In this document: positions 30,302-39,542 of the stretch, one piece after another
Layout: each line of letters starts with the position of its first letter
Numbering within the stretch: position 1 is the stretch's first letter
Assembly (NCBI GenBank): GCA_031279835.1
Contig: JAITHV010000075.1
Span: 948 to 64,947 of the forward strand
Direction: 5' to 3'
Length of the DNA: 64,000 nt
Source of the DNA: Coriobacteriales bacterium
GTDB taxonomy: Bacteria > Actinomycetota > Coriobacteriia > Coriobacteriales > UBA8131
The notes under the pieces: model-generated
Seen by the model: only the letters and a program-made list of their open reading frames with translations
Database searches by the model: none
Told to the model about the DNA's origin: nothing
Made by a program: the position numbers and the translations under genes

Positions 30302-30410
30302 AGTCGCGCGACGCTCGATGCCGCGCCTTCGACCCATGCGGCGCCCATAGTTCCCGCAACCGCAAGCCTCGGCACATGCCGGGGCTTGCGTCTGACAGCA
30401 AAGACAGGCG

Positions 30411-32381
30411 ATGACCGTGGCATACCAGCTCATGATGGGAAACGAGGCCCTTGCGCACGGCGCCTTGCGCGCGGGAGTGCGGGTGGTCTGCGGATACCCG
30501 GGCACACCGTCCACCGAGGCATTAGAGGCCGTTGCGGCCCTTGTGCGCACATGGGCACACAAGGGCATGGCGGGCGGGCGTGGCGAAGTCCACGTCGAGT
30601 GGTCGGTCAACGAGAAGGCGGCGCTTGAGGTCGCGGCAGGGGCGGCGTTTTGCGGTGCCCGCGCCTTGGTGACCATGAAACAAGTGGGGCTCAACGTCGC
30701 GAGCGACCCGCTCATGACGCTGTCGTACCTTGGTTGCAAAGGCGGGCTTGTACTCTATGTTGCCGACGATCCTGGTCCCATCTCGTCCCAGACCGAGCAA
30801 GACACACGCCAGTTTGCCGCCTTTGCCAAGGTGCCCGTGCTAGACGCCGCCACTCCTGAGGACACCTGGCGCATGGTGCAAGAAGCGTTCGACCTTTCTG
30901 AGCGCCACCGACTGCCAGTCATCGTGCGAGGGACCACGCGTGTCTGTCATGGCAGTGCCCCGATCGAGCCGACCGAAAGCTATGTGCCCCACCCGACATC
31001 AGGCTTCGAAAAAAGCCCACAATGGGTGACGTTTCCCCCTCTCGCCTACCGCATGCACTGTATGATGCCCGATCGGACCAGAGCGATTGCCCAGGAGTTT
31101 GACCAGTACGAGGGCAACAAGCTGTGTGCTTGGGACGTTAAGGGCGCACCAAGGATTTTAGAGCGCTCAGTGCCGCCTGTGCCCGTCACGAACGGGGTCG
31201 TTGCATCGGGCATCAGCTGGTCCTACCTCATCGACGCCCTTGCCCTGCTGGGCTCACAGCAGACATCTTTGCCGCCGCTGCGTCTCCTCAAGATTGCAAC
31301 CCCGTACCCCTTCCCCGAGGGATTAGCCAGCACGTTTCTCAACGGCCTTGAGCAGGTCTTGGTGTTTGAGGAGCTTGAGAGCTGCATCGAGCGCGAGCTT
31401 CTGGCGCTCGTCGGGGCCAAGCATCGGGACGTCCGCGTGCTCGGCAAGCTGAGCGGGCACGCCTTGGCGGCCGGCGAGAACTCGATCGAGACGCTTTGCA
31501 GGCAGCTAGACGTGGCTTTTGCTCCCGACGCAGGGGCGCCCGCCGCGCCTGCCGCATCAGCCGCGCCTGCCGCTGCGCTCATTGCACATGCCGACGCGGT
31601 GGACCTGCCAGCCCGTCCGCCCGTGCTCTGCGCAGGCTGCCCCCATCGCGCCTCGTTCGCTGCCGTGAAAAAGGCACTGCGCCGTCGCCCTGCGACCTGC
31701 AGTGGCGACATCGGTTGCTACACGCTCGGCAACGCCTGGCCACTCGAAATGGTCGACACCTGTGTTTGCATGGGCGCTGGCATCACTGTGGCGCAGGGAA
31801 TGCATTGGGCCCAGCCAGACGTCGCCCACCTCGGCTTCGTAGGCGACTCAACATTCTTTGCAAGCGGCATCACCGGAGTCGTCAACGCCGTGTACAACCA
31901 GGTGCCGCTGACTCTCTTTGTGCTCGACAACTCGATCACCGCCATGACGGGCGCCCAGCCACATCCCGGCACTGGCATCCGATCAAGCTACGACGCGTCG
32001 CCCGATGACGCGCGTCACGCAGTCTCGATACCCGCAGTGCTTTTCGCGCTCGGCGTTCGCCACGTGGTCGAATGCGATCCTCTTGACTTCAAGAAGGCAG
32101 TCGCTGCCGCCACGACCGCGCTCGACTACGACGGCGTGAGCGCCGTCGTCTTTCGGGCGCCCTGCGTCACGCTCGCCACGCCCCAGCCCCCGCCTTCCTA
32201 CGACGCTCAAGCCTGCACGCTCTGCCGCTCCTGCATCACCCAGCTGGGCTGTCCGGCACTCACTGAGCAAGACGACGCGATACAGCTCGACCAGTCGCTC
32301 TGCTTTGGCTGCGGCCTATGCGCACAAGTCTGCGCAGTCGGCGCCCTGCAAAACCATGAGGACAAGGACGGTCGCCCATGA
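30411..32381 (+). CDS. iorA: Indolepyruvate:ferredoxin oxidoreductase alpha subunit
   Basis: MMGNEALAHGALRAGVRVVCGYPGTPSTE, a TPP-binding GDIGCYTLG...GDSTFFASG, and a C-terminal 2x[4Fe-4S] region (CTLCRSC...CFGCGLCAQVC). Confidence 0.9.
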   Translation: MTVAYQLMMGNEALAHGALRAGVRVVCGYPGTPSTEALEAVAALVRTWAHKGMAGGRGEVHVEWSVNEKAALEVAAGAAFCGARALVTMKQVGLNVASDPLMTLSYLGCKGGLVLYVADDPGPISSQTEQDTRQFAAFAKVPVLDAATPEDTWRMVQEAFDLSERHRLPVIVRGTTRVCHGSAPIEPTESYVPHPTSGFEKSPQWVTFPPLAYRMHCMMPDRTRAIAQEFDQYEGNKLCAWDVKGAPRILERSVPPVPVTNGVVASGISWSYLIDALALLGSQQTSLPPLRLLKIATPYPFPEGLASTFLNGLEQVLVFEELESCIERELLALVGAKHRDVRVLGKLSGHALAAGENSIETLCRQLDVAFAPDAGAPAAPAASAAPAAALIAHADAVDLPARPPVLCAGCPHRASFAAVKKALRRRPATCSGDIGCYTLGNAWPLEMVDTCVCMGAGITVAQGMHWAQPDVAHLGFVGDSTFFASGITGVVNAVYNQVPLTLFVLDNSITAMTGAQPHPGTGIRSSYDASPDDARHAVSIPAVLFALGVRHVVECDPLDFKKAVAAATTALDYDGVSAVVFRAPCVTLATPQPPPSYDAQACTLCRSCITQLGCPALTEQDDAIQLDQSLCFGCGLCAQVCAVGALQNHEDKDGRP

Positions 32382-33013
32382 GCCACACTAAACTTGAGAT
32401 CGTCACCGCAGGAGTCGGCGGACAAGGCACGGTGCTCGCCTCTAAACTGCTTGCTCAATCAGCACTTATCGGTGCACTTCCTGTGCGCACTGCCGAGACC
32501 ATCGGCATGGCACAGCGCGGCGGCAGCGTGCTGGGACATATACGCATTGGCGCGTTTGAAAGCCCGCTGGTCATGCACGGCCAAGCCGACGTGCTCATAG
32601 GCTTTGAGCCTACTGAGTCGCTGCGTGCCCTACCCTACCTGCGCGAGGGAGGAACCGTGGTGACTGCCCTGCGCACTATCGCGCCAAACCGGGGTGCGGC
32701 AGCTGCCGCACCGGCTGCCGCGTCGGCTGCCGCACTGACCGGCCGCACTTGCCCTGCCCCTCTAGAGGTCTTGCGCGAACTGGCGCTTGACGGTCGCATC
32801 GCGTCGCTCGTAGAGGTAGAGCAAGACGCGCTGTTGGCCCAGCTCGGCTCGTCACGTGTACTGAACGTGCTGCTCATCGGCGCTGCTTTAGCCTATCTTG
32901 CGCCCCTGAGTGCCAGCTCACTTGATGCGGCGCTCGCCGCAGTCGTCAAGCCAGCGTATCTCGCGCTGAACCGCCAGGCCTTGCAGCTCGGCAGGCTCGG
33001 CCGCCTGGCCTGA
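32378..33013 (+). CDS. iorB: Indolepyruvate:ferredoxin oxidoreductase beta subunit
   Basis: IVTAGVGGQGTVLASKLLAQ...ETIGMAQRGGSV. ATGA overlap with iorA. Confidence 0.85.
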   Translation: MSHTKLEIVTAGVGGQGTVLASKLLAQSALIGALPVRTAETIGMAQRGGSVLGHIRIGAFESPLVMHGQADVLIGFEPTESLRALPYLREGGTVVTALRTIAPNRGAAAAAPAAASAAALTGRTCPAPLEVLRELALDGRIASLVEVEQDALLAQLGSSRVLNVLLIGAALAYLAPLSASSLDAALAAVVKPAYLALNRQALQLGRLGRLA

Positions 33014-33090
33014 CCGCCTGACGCCTGCCGGGTCTGACTGCCTGACCAGGCACAATTGCTCAAACCCTGACCACAAGGAGCCAGACCCCC

Positions 33091-34326
33091 ATGGAGATGC
33101 ACCCCGCGACCCTCGAACAGATCACCGCCCTCATCGCCCGCGTCAAGGCACACAGCCCCTTTTACGCAAACAAGCTTATGGGCATACAACCGGGCGACAT
33201 CACGTCGCAGCACGAGTTCGAGCAGCTGCCTTTTACCACGAAGGAGGACCTGCGAAACGCCTATCCGCTCGGGCTTTCTGCCGTGCCCAATGAAGATATC
33301 GTGCGCATACATTCTTCAAGTGGCACTACCGGAACGCCTGTCATCATCCCCTACACTGCCCGTGACGTGCAAGACTGGTCCGTCATGTTCGCGCGGTGCT
33401 ACGAGATGGCGGGCATAACTCGCCACGACCGCATACACGTGACCCCGGGCTACGGCCTGTGGACTGCAGGAATCGGCTTTCAGCTCGGCGCCGAGCTGCT
33501 GGGGGCAATGGCCATCCCGATGGGTCCCGGCAATACCGACCGGCAGCTCCAGCTGATGATGGACCTCGGCTCGACGGTGCTCGGCGCCACGTCGTCTTAC
33601 GCCTTGCTGCTGGCGGAGACCATCGCCGCGCGTGGCATCCGCGACAAGATCAAGCTCCGCAAAGGCGTGATCGGCTCTGAGCGCTGGGGCGAGAGGATGC
33701 GCGCGCGCATAGCGGACGAGCTTGGTGTTGAGCTCCACGACATCTACGGTCTCACCGAGGTGTACGGTCCCGGCATCGGCATCAACTGCGAGGCACAGGA
33801 GGCAATGCATGTCTGGGATGATTATTGCTATTTTGAGATAATCGATCCTGACACCGGCGCCACCGTGCCTGACGGGACGAGTGGAGAGCTTGTCATCACC
33901 ACGCTGCGCAAGGAAGGCGCGCCGCTCATCCGCTACCGCACGCACGACCTCACGCGCTTCGTCGCCGGAGCCTGCCCCTGCGGCAGCCCCTTCCCGCGCA
34001 TCGAGACGCTCATCGGCCGTTCGGACGACATGGTCAAGGTCAAGGGGATAAACCTCTTTCCTGCCCACATTGAAGAGGCGCTCGCAGAAACACAGGGGGC
34101 CAGCAGCGAGTACCAGGTCATGATCGACCACCTCAACGGCAAGGACATCATGACGGTCTTCTTTGAGACAGAGGCTGCCGAGGACGAGCGGCAGCGCATA
34201 GAGCGCGAGCTGCACCGGGTGATCAAGGCCAAGCTGTCGCTGAGCGTGGTGCCCAAAGCGGTCTTGATCGGGGACTTGCCGCGCAGCGAGAAGAAGAGCA
34301 AGCGGTTTTTTGACAACCGCTACTGA
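33091..34326 (+). CDS. paaK: Phenylacetate-CoA ligase family (aryl-acetate/CoA ligase)
   Basis: FYANKL...LPFTTKEDLRNAYP...HSSSGTTGTPVIIPYTARD...YGLTE are PaaK-type adenylate-forming motifs. Confidence 0.85.
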   Translation: MEMHPATLEQITALIARVKAHSPFYANKLMGIQPGDITSQHEFEQLPFTTKEDLRNAYPLGLSAVPNEDIVRIHSSSGTTGTPVIIPYTARDVQDWSVMFARCYEMAGITRHDRIHVTPGYGLWTAGIGFQLGAELLGAMAIPMGPGNTDRQLQLMMDLGSTVLGATSSYALLLAETIAARGIRDKIKLRKGVIGSERWGERMRARIADELGVELHDIYGLTEVYGPGIGINCEAQEAMHVWDDYCYFEIIDPDTGATVPDGTSGELVITTLRKEGAPLIRYRTHDLTRFVAGACPCGSPFPRIETLIGRSDDMVKVKGINLFPAHIEEALAETQGASSEYQVMIDHLNGKDIMTVFFETEAAEDERQRIERELHRVIKAKLSLSVVPKAVLIGDLPRSEKKSKRFFDNRY

Positions 34327-34349
34327 GGTTTTTTGACAACCGCTACTGA
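34304..34349 (+). repeat. Perfect 23-bp tandem duplication (GGTTTTTTGACAACCGCTACTGA x2) covering the paaK stop codon
   Basis: Copy 1 at 34304-34326 contains the last paaK codons and the TGA. Copy 2 at 34327-34349 is identical. Confidence 0.95.
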
Positions 34350-34369
34350 GCGTCTGCGGCGCTCAGTAG
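34343..34369. terminator. 10-bp-stem hairpin between convergent paaK and the L,D-transpeptidase gene
   Basis: CTACTGAGCG-(7 nt)-CGCTCAGTAG. The right arm contains the stop codon of the minus-strand gene. There is no clear U-tract. Confidence 0.45.
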
Positions 34370-36255
34370 TGAAGCACCACTGGACAGCCTGTCTCGATGA
34401 GCGAGTAGAGCTCTCTCGCTCGCGCATAGGGCATGTTGATGCAACCATGGGAGCCGTTTCTGACATACCAGCTTCCGCCGAAAGTCGGCTGCCAGGTCGC
34501 GTCGTGGAACCCGACGCCCTCAACGGTCACGGGCATCCAAAAACTCACCGGCGTAATGTACTCAGGCTGGCCGTTCGCCATTATCCTCCCGCGCAAAACC
34601 GACGGGCTTTGCATGTCGAGCAGATAATACACCCCGTCGGGAGTCGTGTTGAACCCGTCGGGCTTGCCCGTCACCACGTCACTCTCCATAATGAGCTCCC
34701 CGTCACGGAAGTACCACATATGCTGTTCGGTCAAGTCTACCTCGGCGTACGTCTGCCCCCAGTCAAAAGCGCCGAACGACGCCGCGCGCGAGACACAGTG
34801 GGGCTCGCGCTCTTCCCCACGCCGCTCGCGGTACGCTGTGTGTATCGCGGCGACTTCTGCCTCCTGGTCGATTTGCCAGCCGTACGTTCCGCCCTCGACG
34901 ACCTTCTCCTCTCCGTACCCGCTCATAAAGGTGCGCTTGGCTCCCACGGTGTCGTAGCGCGACGCGAGGCCGGCGACCCATGAGCGCACGGCCGCATCGT
35001 CAAGCCCCGTTTGCTCTGGCGCGTAAATGTCCACCCAGTCGAGCGTGGTGCGCCCGTCAAGCGTCTCGGTCGCGCCGCCAATGGTATAGGAGATGGAGAA
35101 GGGGACGTACTTGTTGTAGAGCTCGATGTCGCGCGCCAGCGCCGAGGAGTCGCCAAAGACCTTGGGGTCTTGGTAGGCGCCTGACTCCTCAAGGTCGAGG
35201 ATGCCTTCTGTGGCGTACACTGCCGCAATGATGGCCGCGCGCGTCTTGATGGTGTTAAGCGTGGTGCCCCGCACCTCTGGATGCACACGATACGCTGAGT
35301 CGACGAACTCCGCGTAGGCGTCGGCAGGCGCAACCATGGACGACGTGTCCATGAAGGAGAAGCTGTCTATCGCCGCATTTAGCTTGTCGAGGTTAAAGGT
35401 GACGCTTGCAGCAAGATGATCTGCTGATGATGGATTAAACAGCCGTGCGCCCCACAAGAAGACATTTTGCTCGTAGAGAAGGCGTTGCAGTTGGTTGTCT
35501 GAGATGTAGCGCAGCTCGATCTGGGAGCCGGGTATGACGTGCGTGCCACTGCGGGAGACGACTTTGAGCGTGTACCGGTCCACCTGGTCGCGGATGACGT
35601 CCTCTGCCTGTGCAGGCGTGAGAAACGATATGTCCACGCCGTTGACGCTGGTGTTGAACCCATAGTGGTAGTTGAAGAACACGGCAAGCCCCAGATAGCC
35701 CGCAAGCAGCAAGCCGAAAGCGGTGCCAAGCGCCATCCACAGCCAAAAGAACGAGCGCTTCTCGACGATGCGCACGTGCCCTGGCGCGAACTGCTCTTCA
35801 GCGGGGGTGGGCGGCTCGTCAAGCTCGCCAGGCTCGCCTGCGGCGGCGGCGCCCCCTTCCTTCTCCTCGCCCTCGCCCTCGTCAGGCTCGTCAGGCTCGC
35901 CAGCGGCGGCCCCGTCCTTGCCATCCTCGTCAGCGTCGGCGTCAGCCTCAGCCTTGCCATCCTCGTCGGCGTCAGCGTCGGCGTCAGCGTCAGCCTTGCC
36001 ATCCTCGCCAGCGTCAGCATCGGCGTCAGCGTCAGCGTCATCCTTGCCATCCTCGCCAGTGCCGTCACTGGCCGCCTCTCCGCCCAAGTCGTCGGCACCA
36101 GCCGTCTCTGTGCCCAGTGAGTCCTCACTGGCCGCGTCTGAGGCCGTATCCGTCACAGGCGCAGCTTCATCTGGCACTGTGCCTGCGACGGCCAGCGCAA
36201 CGTCATTCTCCACTTCAGTGGAGCCTTTGGTTTTCTTCCTGAATCTCAGTCCCAT
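34363..36255 (-). CDS. Membrane-anchored L,D-transpeptidase (YkuD domain) with an acidic cytoplasmic N-terminus
   Basis: The C-terminal GFHDATWQPTFGGSWYVRNGSHGCINMPYARARELY is the YkuD catalytic H...SHGC motif. TM segment WLWMALGTAFGLLLAGYLGLAVFF. Confidence 0.8.
   Translation of the reverse strand: MGLRFRKKTKGSTEVENDVALAVAGTVPDEAAPVTDTASDAASEDSLGTETAGADDLGGEAASDGTGEDGKDDADADADADAGEDGKADADADADADEDGKAEADADADEDGKDGAAAGEPDEPDEGEGEEKEGGAAAAGEPGELDEPPTPAEEQFAPGHVRIVEKRSFFWLWMALGTAFGLLLAGYLGLAVFFNYHYGFNTSVNGVDISFLTPAQAEDVIRDQVDRYTLKVVSRSGTHVIPGSQIELRYISDNQLQRLLYEQNVFLWGARLFNPSSADHLAASVTFNLDKLNAAIDSFSFMDTSSMVAPADAYAEFVDSAYRVHPEVRGTTLNTIKTRAAIIAAVYATEGILDLEESGAYQDPKVFGDSSALARDIELYNKYVPFSISYTIGGATETLDGRTTLDWVDIYAPEQTGLDDAAVRSWVAGLASRYDTVGAKRTFMSGYGEEKVVEGGTYGWQIDQEAEVAAIHTAYRERRGEEREPHCVSRAASFGAFDWGQTYAEVDLTEQHMWYFRDGELIMESDVVTGKPDGFNTTPDGVYYLLDMQSPSVLRGRIMANGQPEYITPVSFWMPVTVEGVGFHDATWQPTFGGSWYVRNGSHGCINMPYARARELYSLIETGCPVVLHY
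35917..36057 (-). repeat. Coding low-complexity repeat (DADADA/EDGK units)
   Basis: GEDGKDDADADADADAGEDGKADADADADADEDGKAEADADADEDGK, encoded by iterated GCGTCAGC/GCCATCCTC units. Confidence 0.8.
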
Positions 36256-36449
36256 GTACCATCATTGCCAAATATGTGGTCAAAACAGCGTGGTGTCCCG
36301 TCAATAGCGACGCACGCGCGCGCCAGGGGAACAACCACCATACGATACCATACTAATTGCCTCGGTACACTGGCCTGTTTTCTGCAATAATGGGGAAATA
36401 CCAACCAGTCGCTGCACAGACGCGACTCGATGCGAAAGGTGCCTCGTCC

Positions 36450-37853
36450 ATGTCTTTTTCTACCTTGATCCTGGCGGCCGGCGCTGGCACGCGCATGAAA
36501 TCCGCCCTTCCCAAGGTGGCCCATGAGGTGCTCGGCAAGCCGCTGGTTCGCTGGGTTGTGGACGCCGCGCGCGCGGCAGGGTCTGCGCACGTGATAACCG
36601 TCGTGGGCCTGGGCAGAGACAAGGTAGCCCCGCTGGTCAGCGACACCACGGTCGTCGTGCAAGAAGAGCAGCTCGGGACCGGGCACGCCGTCATGATGGC
36701 CCGCCATGAGCTCGAGGCGCTCGAGGGCACAGACGGCGCAGAAGACCTGCTCGTGCTGTGCGGCGACACTCCCCTGCTCACCGCGCAGACCATCGGCAAG
36801 CTTGTTGCGGCGCATCGCGCACAGGGCGCGGCAGGCACCGTCATGAGCTTTGTTCCCGATGACCCGTACGGCTATGGGCGCATAATCCGCGACGCCCATG
36901 GCTCGTTTGCGCGCATAATCGAGGAGCGCGACGCCGCCCCAGACGTGAGACAGGTCCGCGAGGCGAACAGCGGCATGTACTGCTTTGACCGCTCCGCGCT
37001 TCTCTCTGTGATCGACAGCATCGACTGCAACACGGCGGGAGACGAGTTCTACCTCACCAAGGCGCTCGAGCACCTGCGTGACTCGGCCGCCGGGGTTTGC
37101 GTGTGCCCGTGCGACGACGCAGACGAGGCCTTGGGCATCAACGACCGCGTGCAGCTCGCCGCTGCGGGGCGCATCGCACAGGCTCGCGTCAACGAGGCGC
37201 ACCTGCGCGCGGGTGTCAGCATGCTTGACCCGTCAATGGTGTGGATAGGCCCCGACGTCACGCTTGGTCGCGATGTGAGCCTGTATCCCTTGACCTTTCT
37301 TATGGGGGCAACGAGCATCGGTGAGGGGTGCGTCCTCGGGCCCAACACCCAGGTGCGCGACAGCGTCGTCGGACGAGACTGCTCACTCGTGGAGAGCATA
37401 GTGCTCGGCTCGACGCTTGAGGACGGCGTGGACGCCGGCCCGCGCGCCTACCTGCGCCCCGGAACTCATATGAAATCTGGCTCACATGTTGGCACACATG
37501 TGGAGATAAAAAACTCCACAATAGGCAACAACTCCAAAGTTCCCCACTTGAGCTACATTGGCGACACGACAATCGGCGCAGACGTGAACATCGGCGCGGG
37601 AACCATCACCTGCAACTACGACGGCACAGACAAGCACCGCACCATCATCGGCGACAATACTTTTGTGGGCAGCAACACGATGCTCATCGCACCGGTCACC
37701 GTCGGCAGCGACGCCAAGACCGGGGCCGGCTCGGTCATAACAGACGATGTGCCCGACGGCATGCTGGGCATTGCGCGGGCTTTGCAGGTGAACAAGCCGA
37801 GGGGCGCCCGATCAAACGACACAACAGACGATCAAGCTAGGAGCGATGCATGA
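36450..37853 (+). CDS. glmU: Bifunctional UDP-GlcNAc pyrophosphorylase / GlcN-1-P acetyltransferase
   Basis: ILAAGAGTRMKSALPKV and C-terminal left-handed beta-helix hexapeptide repeats. Start at ATG 36450 (GAAAGG RBS). Confidence 0.92.
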   Translation: MSFSTLILAAGAGTRMKSALPKVAHEVLGKPLVRWVVDAARAAGSAHVITVVGLGRDKVAPLVSDTTVVVQEEQLGTGHAVMMARHELEALEGTDGAEDLLVLCGDTPLLTAQTIGKLVAAHRAQGAAGTVMSFVPDDPYGYGRIIRDAHGSFARIIEERDAAPDVRQVREANSGMYCFDRSALLSVIDSIDCNTAGDEFYLTKALEHLRDSAAGVCVCPCDDADEALGINDRVQLAAAGRIAQARVNEAHLRAGVSMLDPSMVWIGPDVTLGRDVSLYPLTFLMGATSIGEGCVLGPNTQVRDSVVGRDCSLVESIVLGSTLEDGVDAGPRAYLRPGTHMKSGSHVGTHVEIKNSTIGNNSKVPHLSYIGDTTIGADVNIGAGTITCNYDGTDKHRTIIGDNTFVGSNTMLIAPVTVGSDAKTGAGSVITDDVPDGMLGIARALQVNKPRGARSNDTTDDQARSDA

Positions 37854-38827
37854 CCGAAGTCACCAAAAACCTCATGTTGTTCTCTGGACGGAGCAACCCG
37901 GCGCTTGCCGACAAGATAGCCGTCGAGCTGGGGGTGAGTCTCGGCAGCATCAAAATCACGACATTCTCCAACGACGAGATCTATGCGCGTTACCAACAAG
38001 GCGTCCGCGGCAGCGACCTGTTCATTGTCCAGTCGCTGTCGTCATGGGACAAAGGAAGCGTCAACGACGCCCTCATGGAGCTGCTCATCATGACAGACGC
38101 CGCAAAGCGCGCCTCAGCGCACACGGTCACTGCGGTCATCACTCACTTCGGCTACTCGCGCCAAGACAAGAAGTCTGCGGCGCGCGAGCCTATCACCGCC
38201 AAGCTGGTGGCCAACATGCTCACGGTGGCGGGCATCGACCGTGTGATCACCATCGACCTGCACCAAGGCCAGATCCAGGGCTTCTTTGACCTCCCGGTGA
38301 ACCACCTGACCGCGTTGCCCCTGTTTGCCGGCTACTTCCAAAGCCGACAGCTCGAGAACTTGTGCGTGGTCTCTCCCGATGTGGGCAGGGCCAAAGCGGC
38401 CAAGAAGCTTGCCGACATGCTCGGAGCCGAGCTGGCCATCATGCACAAGTCTCGTCCCGAGCACAACGTCGCCGAGGTCGCTAGTGTCATCGGCCGAGTA
38501 AAGGGGCGGGTCTGCATCCTCAACGACGACATCATCGACACCGCAGGGTCGATCTGCGCCGGCGCCCAGGCGCTCATTGAGGAAGGCGCCAAGGAGGTCT
38601 ATGTCTGCGCCACGCACGGCATCTTCTCAGGGCCGGCCTTCGAGCGTCTTGCGTCTGCCCCTCTCAAGGAAGTGGTGGTGTGCGACACGGTGCCCGCGTC
38701 AGCCGAGCGGCTGAGTCAAGGCAAGATACAAGTAGTCAGCGTCGCCCCACTGCTCGCACAGGCTATCAACAACGTGTTCAACGAGCAGTCGGTCAGTGAG
38801 ATGTTCGACCCGGACTTCGCGCTTTGA
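37850..38827 (+). CDS. prs: Ribose-phosphate pyrophosphokinase
   Basis: LFSGRSNPALADKIA...DLHQGQIQGFF...DDIIDTAGS is Prs. ATGA overlap with glmU. Confidence 0.95.
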   Translation: MTEVTKNLMLFSGRSNPALADKIAVELGVSLGSIKITTFSNDEIYARYQQGVRGSDLFIVQSLSSWDKGSVNDALMELLIMTDAAKRASAHTVTAVITHFGYSRQDKKSAAREPITAKLVANMLTVAGIDRVITIDLHQGQIQGFFDLPVNHLTALPLFAGYFQSRQLENLCVVSPDVGRAKAAKKLADMLGAELAIMHKSRPEHNVAEVASVIGRVKGRVCILNDDIIDTAGSICAGAQALIEEGAKEVYVCATHGIFSGPAFERLASAPLKEVVVCDTVPASAERLSQGKIQVVSVAPLLAQAINNVFNEQSVSEMFDPDFAL

Positions 38828-38896
38828 GGCCGCGGCCGCGGCAGAGAGCGCACGTGCGAGGGTCCCAATGACAGCCAAGGGCGCAAGGCGGCTTAT

Positions 38897-39514
38897 ATGC
38901 CGCCTCTGACGCACACAGACAGATCGCCGTGTGCTGAGGGCGCTGTCTGCCTGGTCGTCGGTCTGGGCAACCCCGGCGCCGACTACGAGCCGACGCGCCA
39001 CAACGCGGGCTTCATGGCAGCAGACGCCCTGATCACAGAGCTTTCGGGCGGTCGCAGCGCCTACACGCGCATGCGCTGCGACGCGCTTGTCAGCGAGCTT
39101 GGCTTTGAGGGGCGCACGGTTGCTGTTGCCCGTCCACAAACCTACATGAACCTCAGCGGGCGCTCGGTAAAGGGGCTGCTCAAGCAGTACGGGCTGGCGC
39201 TTGACGGCCTTCTCGTCATCCAAGACGACCTCGACCTGCCCGTCGCGACGTTGCGCCTCAAGCAAGGTGGCGGCGATGGCGGGCATCGCGGCGTGCGCAG
39301 CGTCATCGACTCGGTCGGCGCCGGCTTTGCGCGGCTCAAGATCGGCGTGGGGCGCCCTCCTGGCCAGATGCCAGCGGAACGCTATGCCTTGTTGGCCATG
39401 CGGGGAGAAGAACTCGAGGGGCTGCGCGCCGACGCCGCCCGCGCCGCCGACATTGCCTGTGCCGTCTTGCGCCATGGCGTCCTGCGCGCGCAAAACGAGT
39501 ACAACGGCATCTGA
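38897..39514 (+). CDS. pth: Peptidyl-tRNA hydrolase
   Basis: VVGLGNPGADYEPTRHNAGF and GGGDGGHRGVRS are Pth motifs. Confidence 0.9.
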   Translation: MPPLTHTDRSPCAEGAVCLVVGLGNPGADYEPTRHNAGFMAADALITELSGGRSAYTRMRCDALVSELGFEGRTVAVARPQTYMNLSGRSVKGLLKQYGLALDGLLVIQDDLDLPVATLRLKQGGGDGGHRGVRSVIDSVGAGFARLKIGVGRPPGQMPAERYALLAMRGEELEGLRADAARAADIACAVLRHGVLRAQNEYNGI

Positions 39515-39517
39515 CCT

Positions 39518-39542
39518 GCCGAGGCCTTTAGGTCGCCTCGGC
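39518..39542. terminator. Hairpin between convergent pth and the MATE gene
   Basis: GCCGAGGC-(9 nt)-GCCTCGGC. It overlaps the MATE stop codon and has no U-tract. Confidence 0.3.

Noticed and set aside
33316-34215. 299-aa ORF antisense to paaK. Comparable cases: 36246-37202 opposite glmU, 38699-39601 opposite prs/pth, 43476-44159 opposite the antiporter, 44922-45644, 45741-46409, 46641-47360 and 47553-48443 opposite the kinase, and 39598-40575 in an alternate frame of the MATE gene.
   Set aside because: In each case the other frame or strand has strong family motifs. These ORFs have no motifs, no RBS context and skewed composition.
35880-36060. Iterated short GC-rich repeats that superficially resemble a repeat array
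   Set aside because: They are in frame within the L,D-transpeptidase gene and encode D/A/E/G low-complexity sequence. There is no repeat-spacer architecture, so this is not CRISPR. The same applies to 29213-29332.
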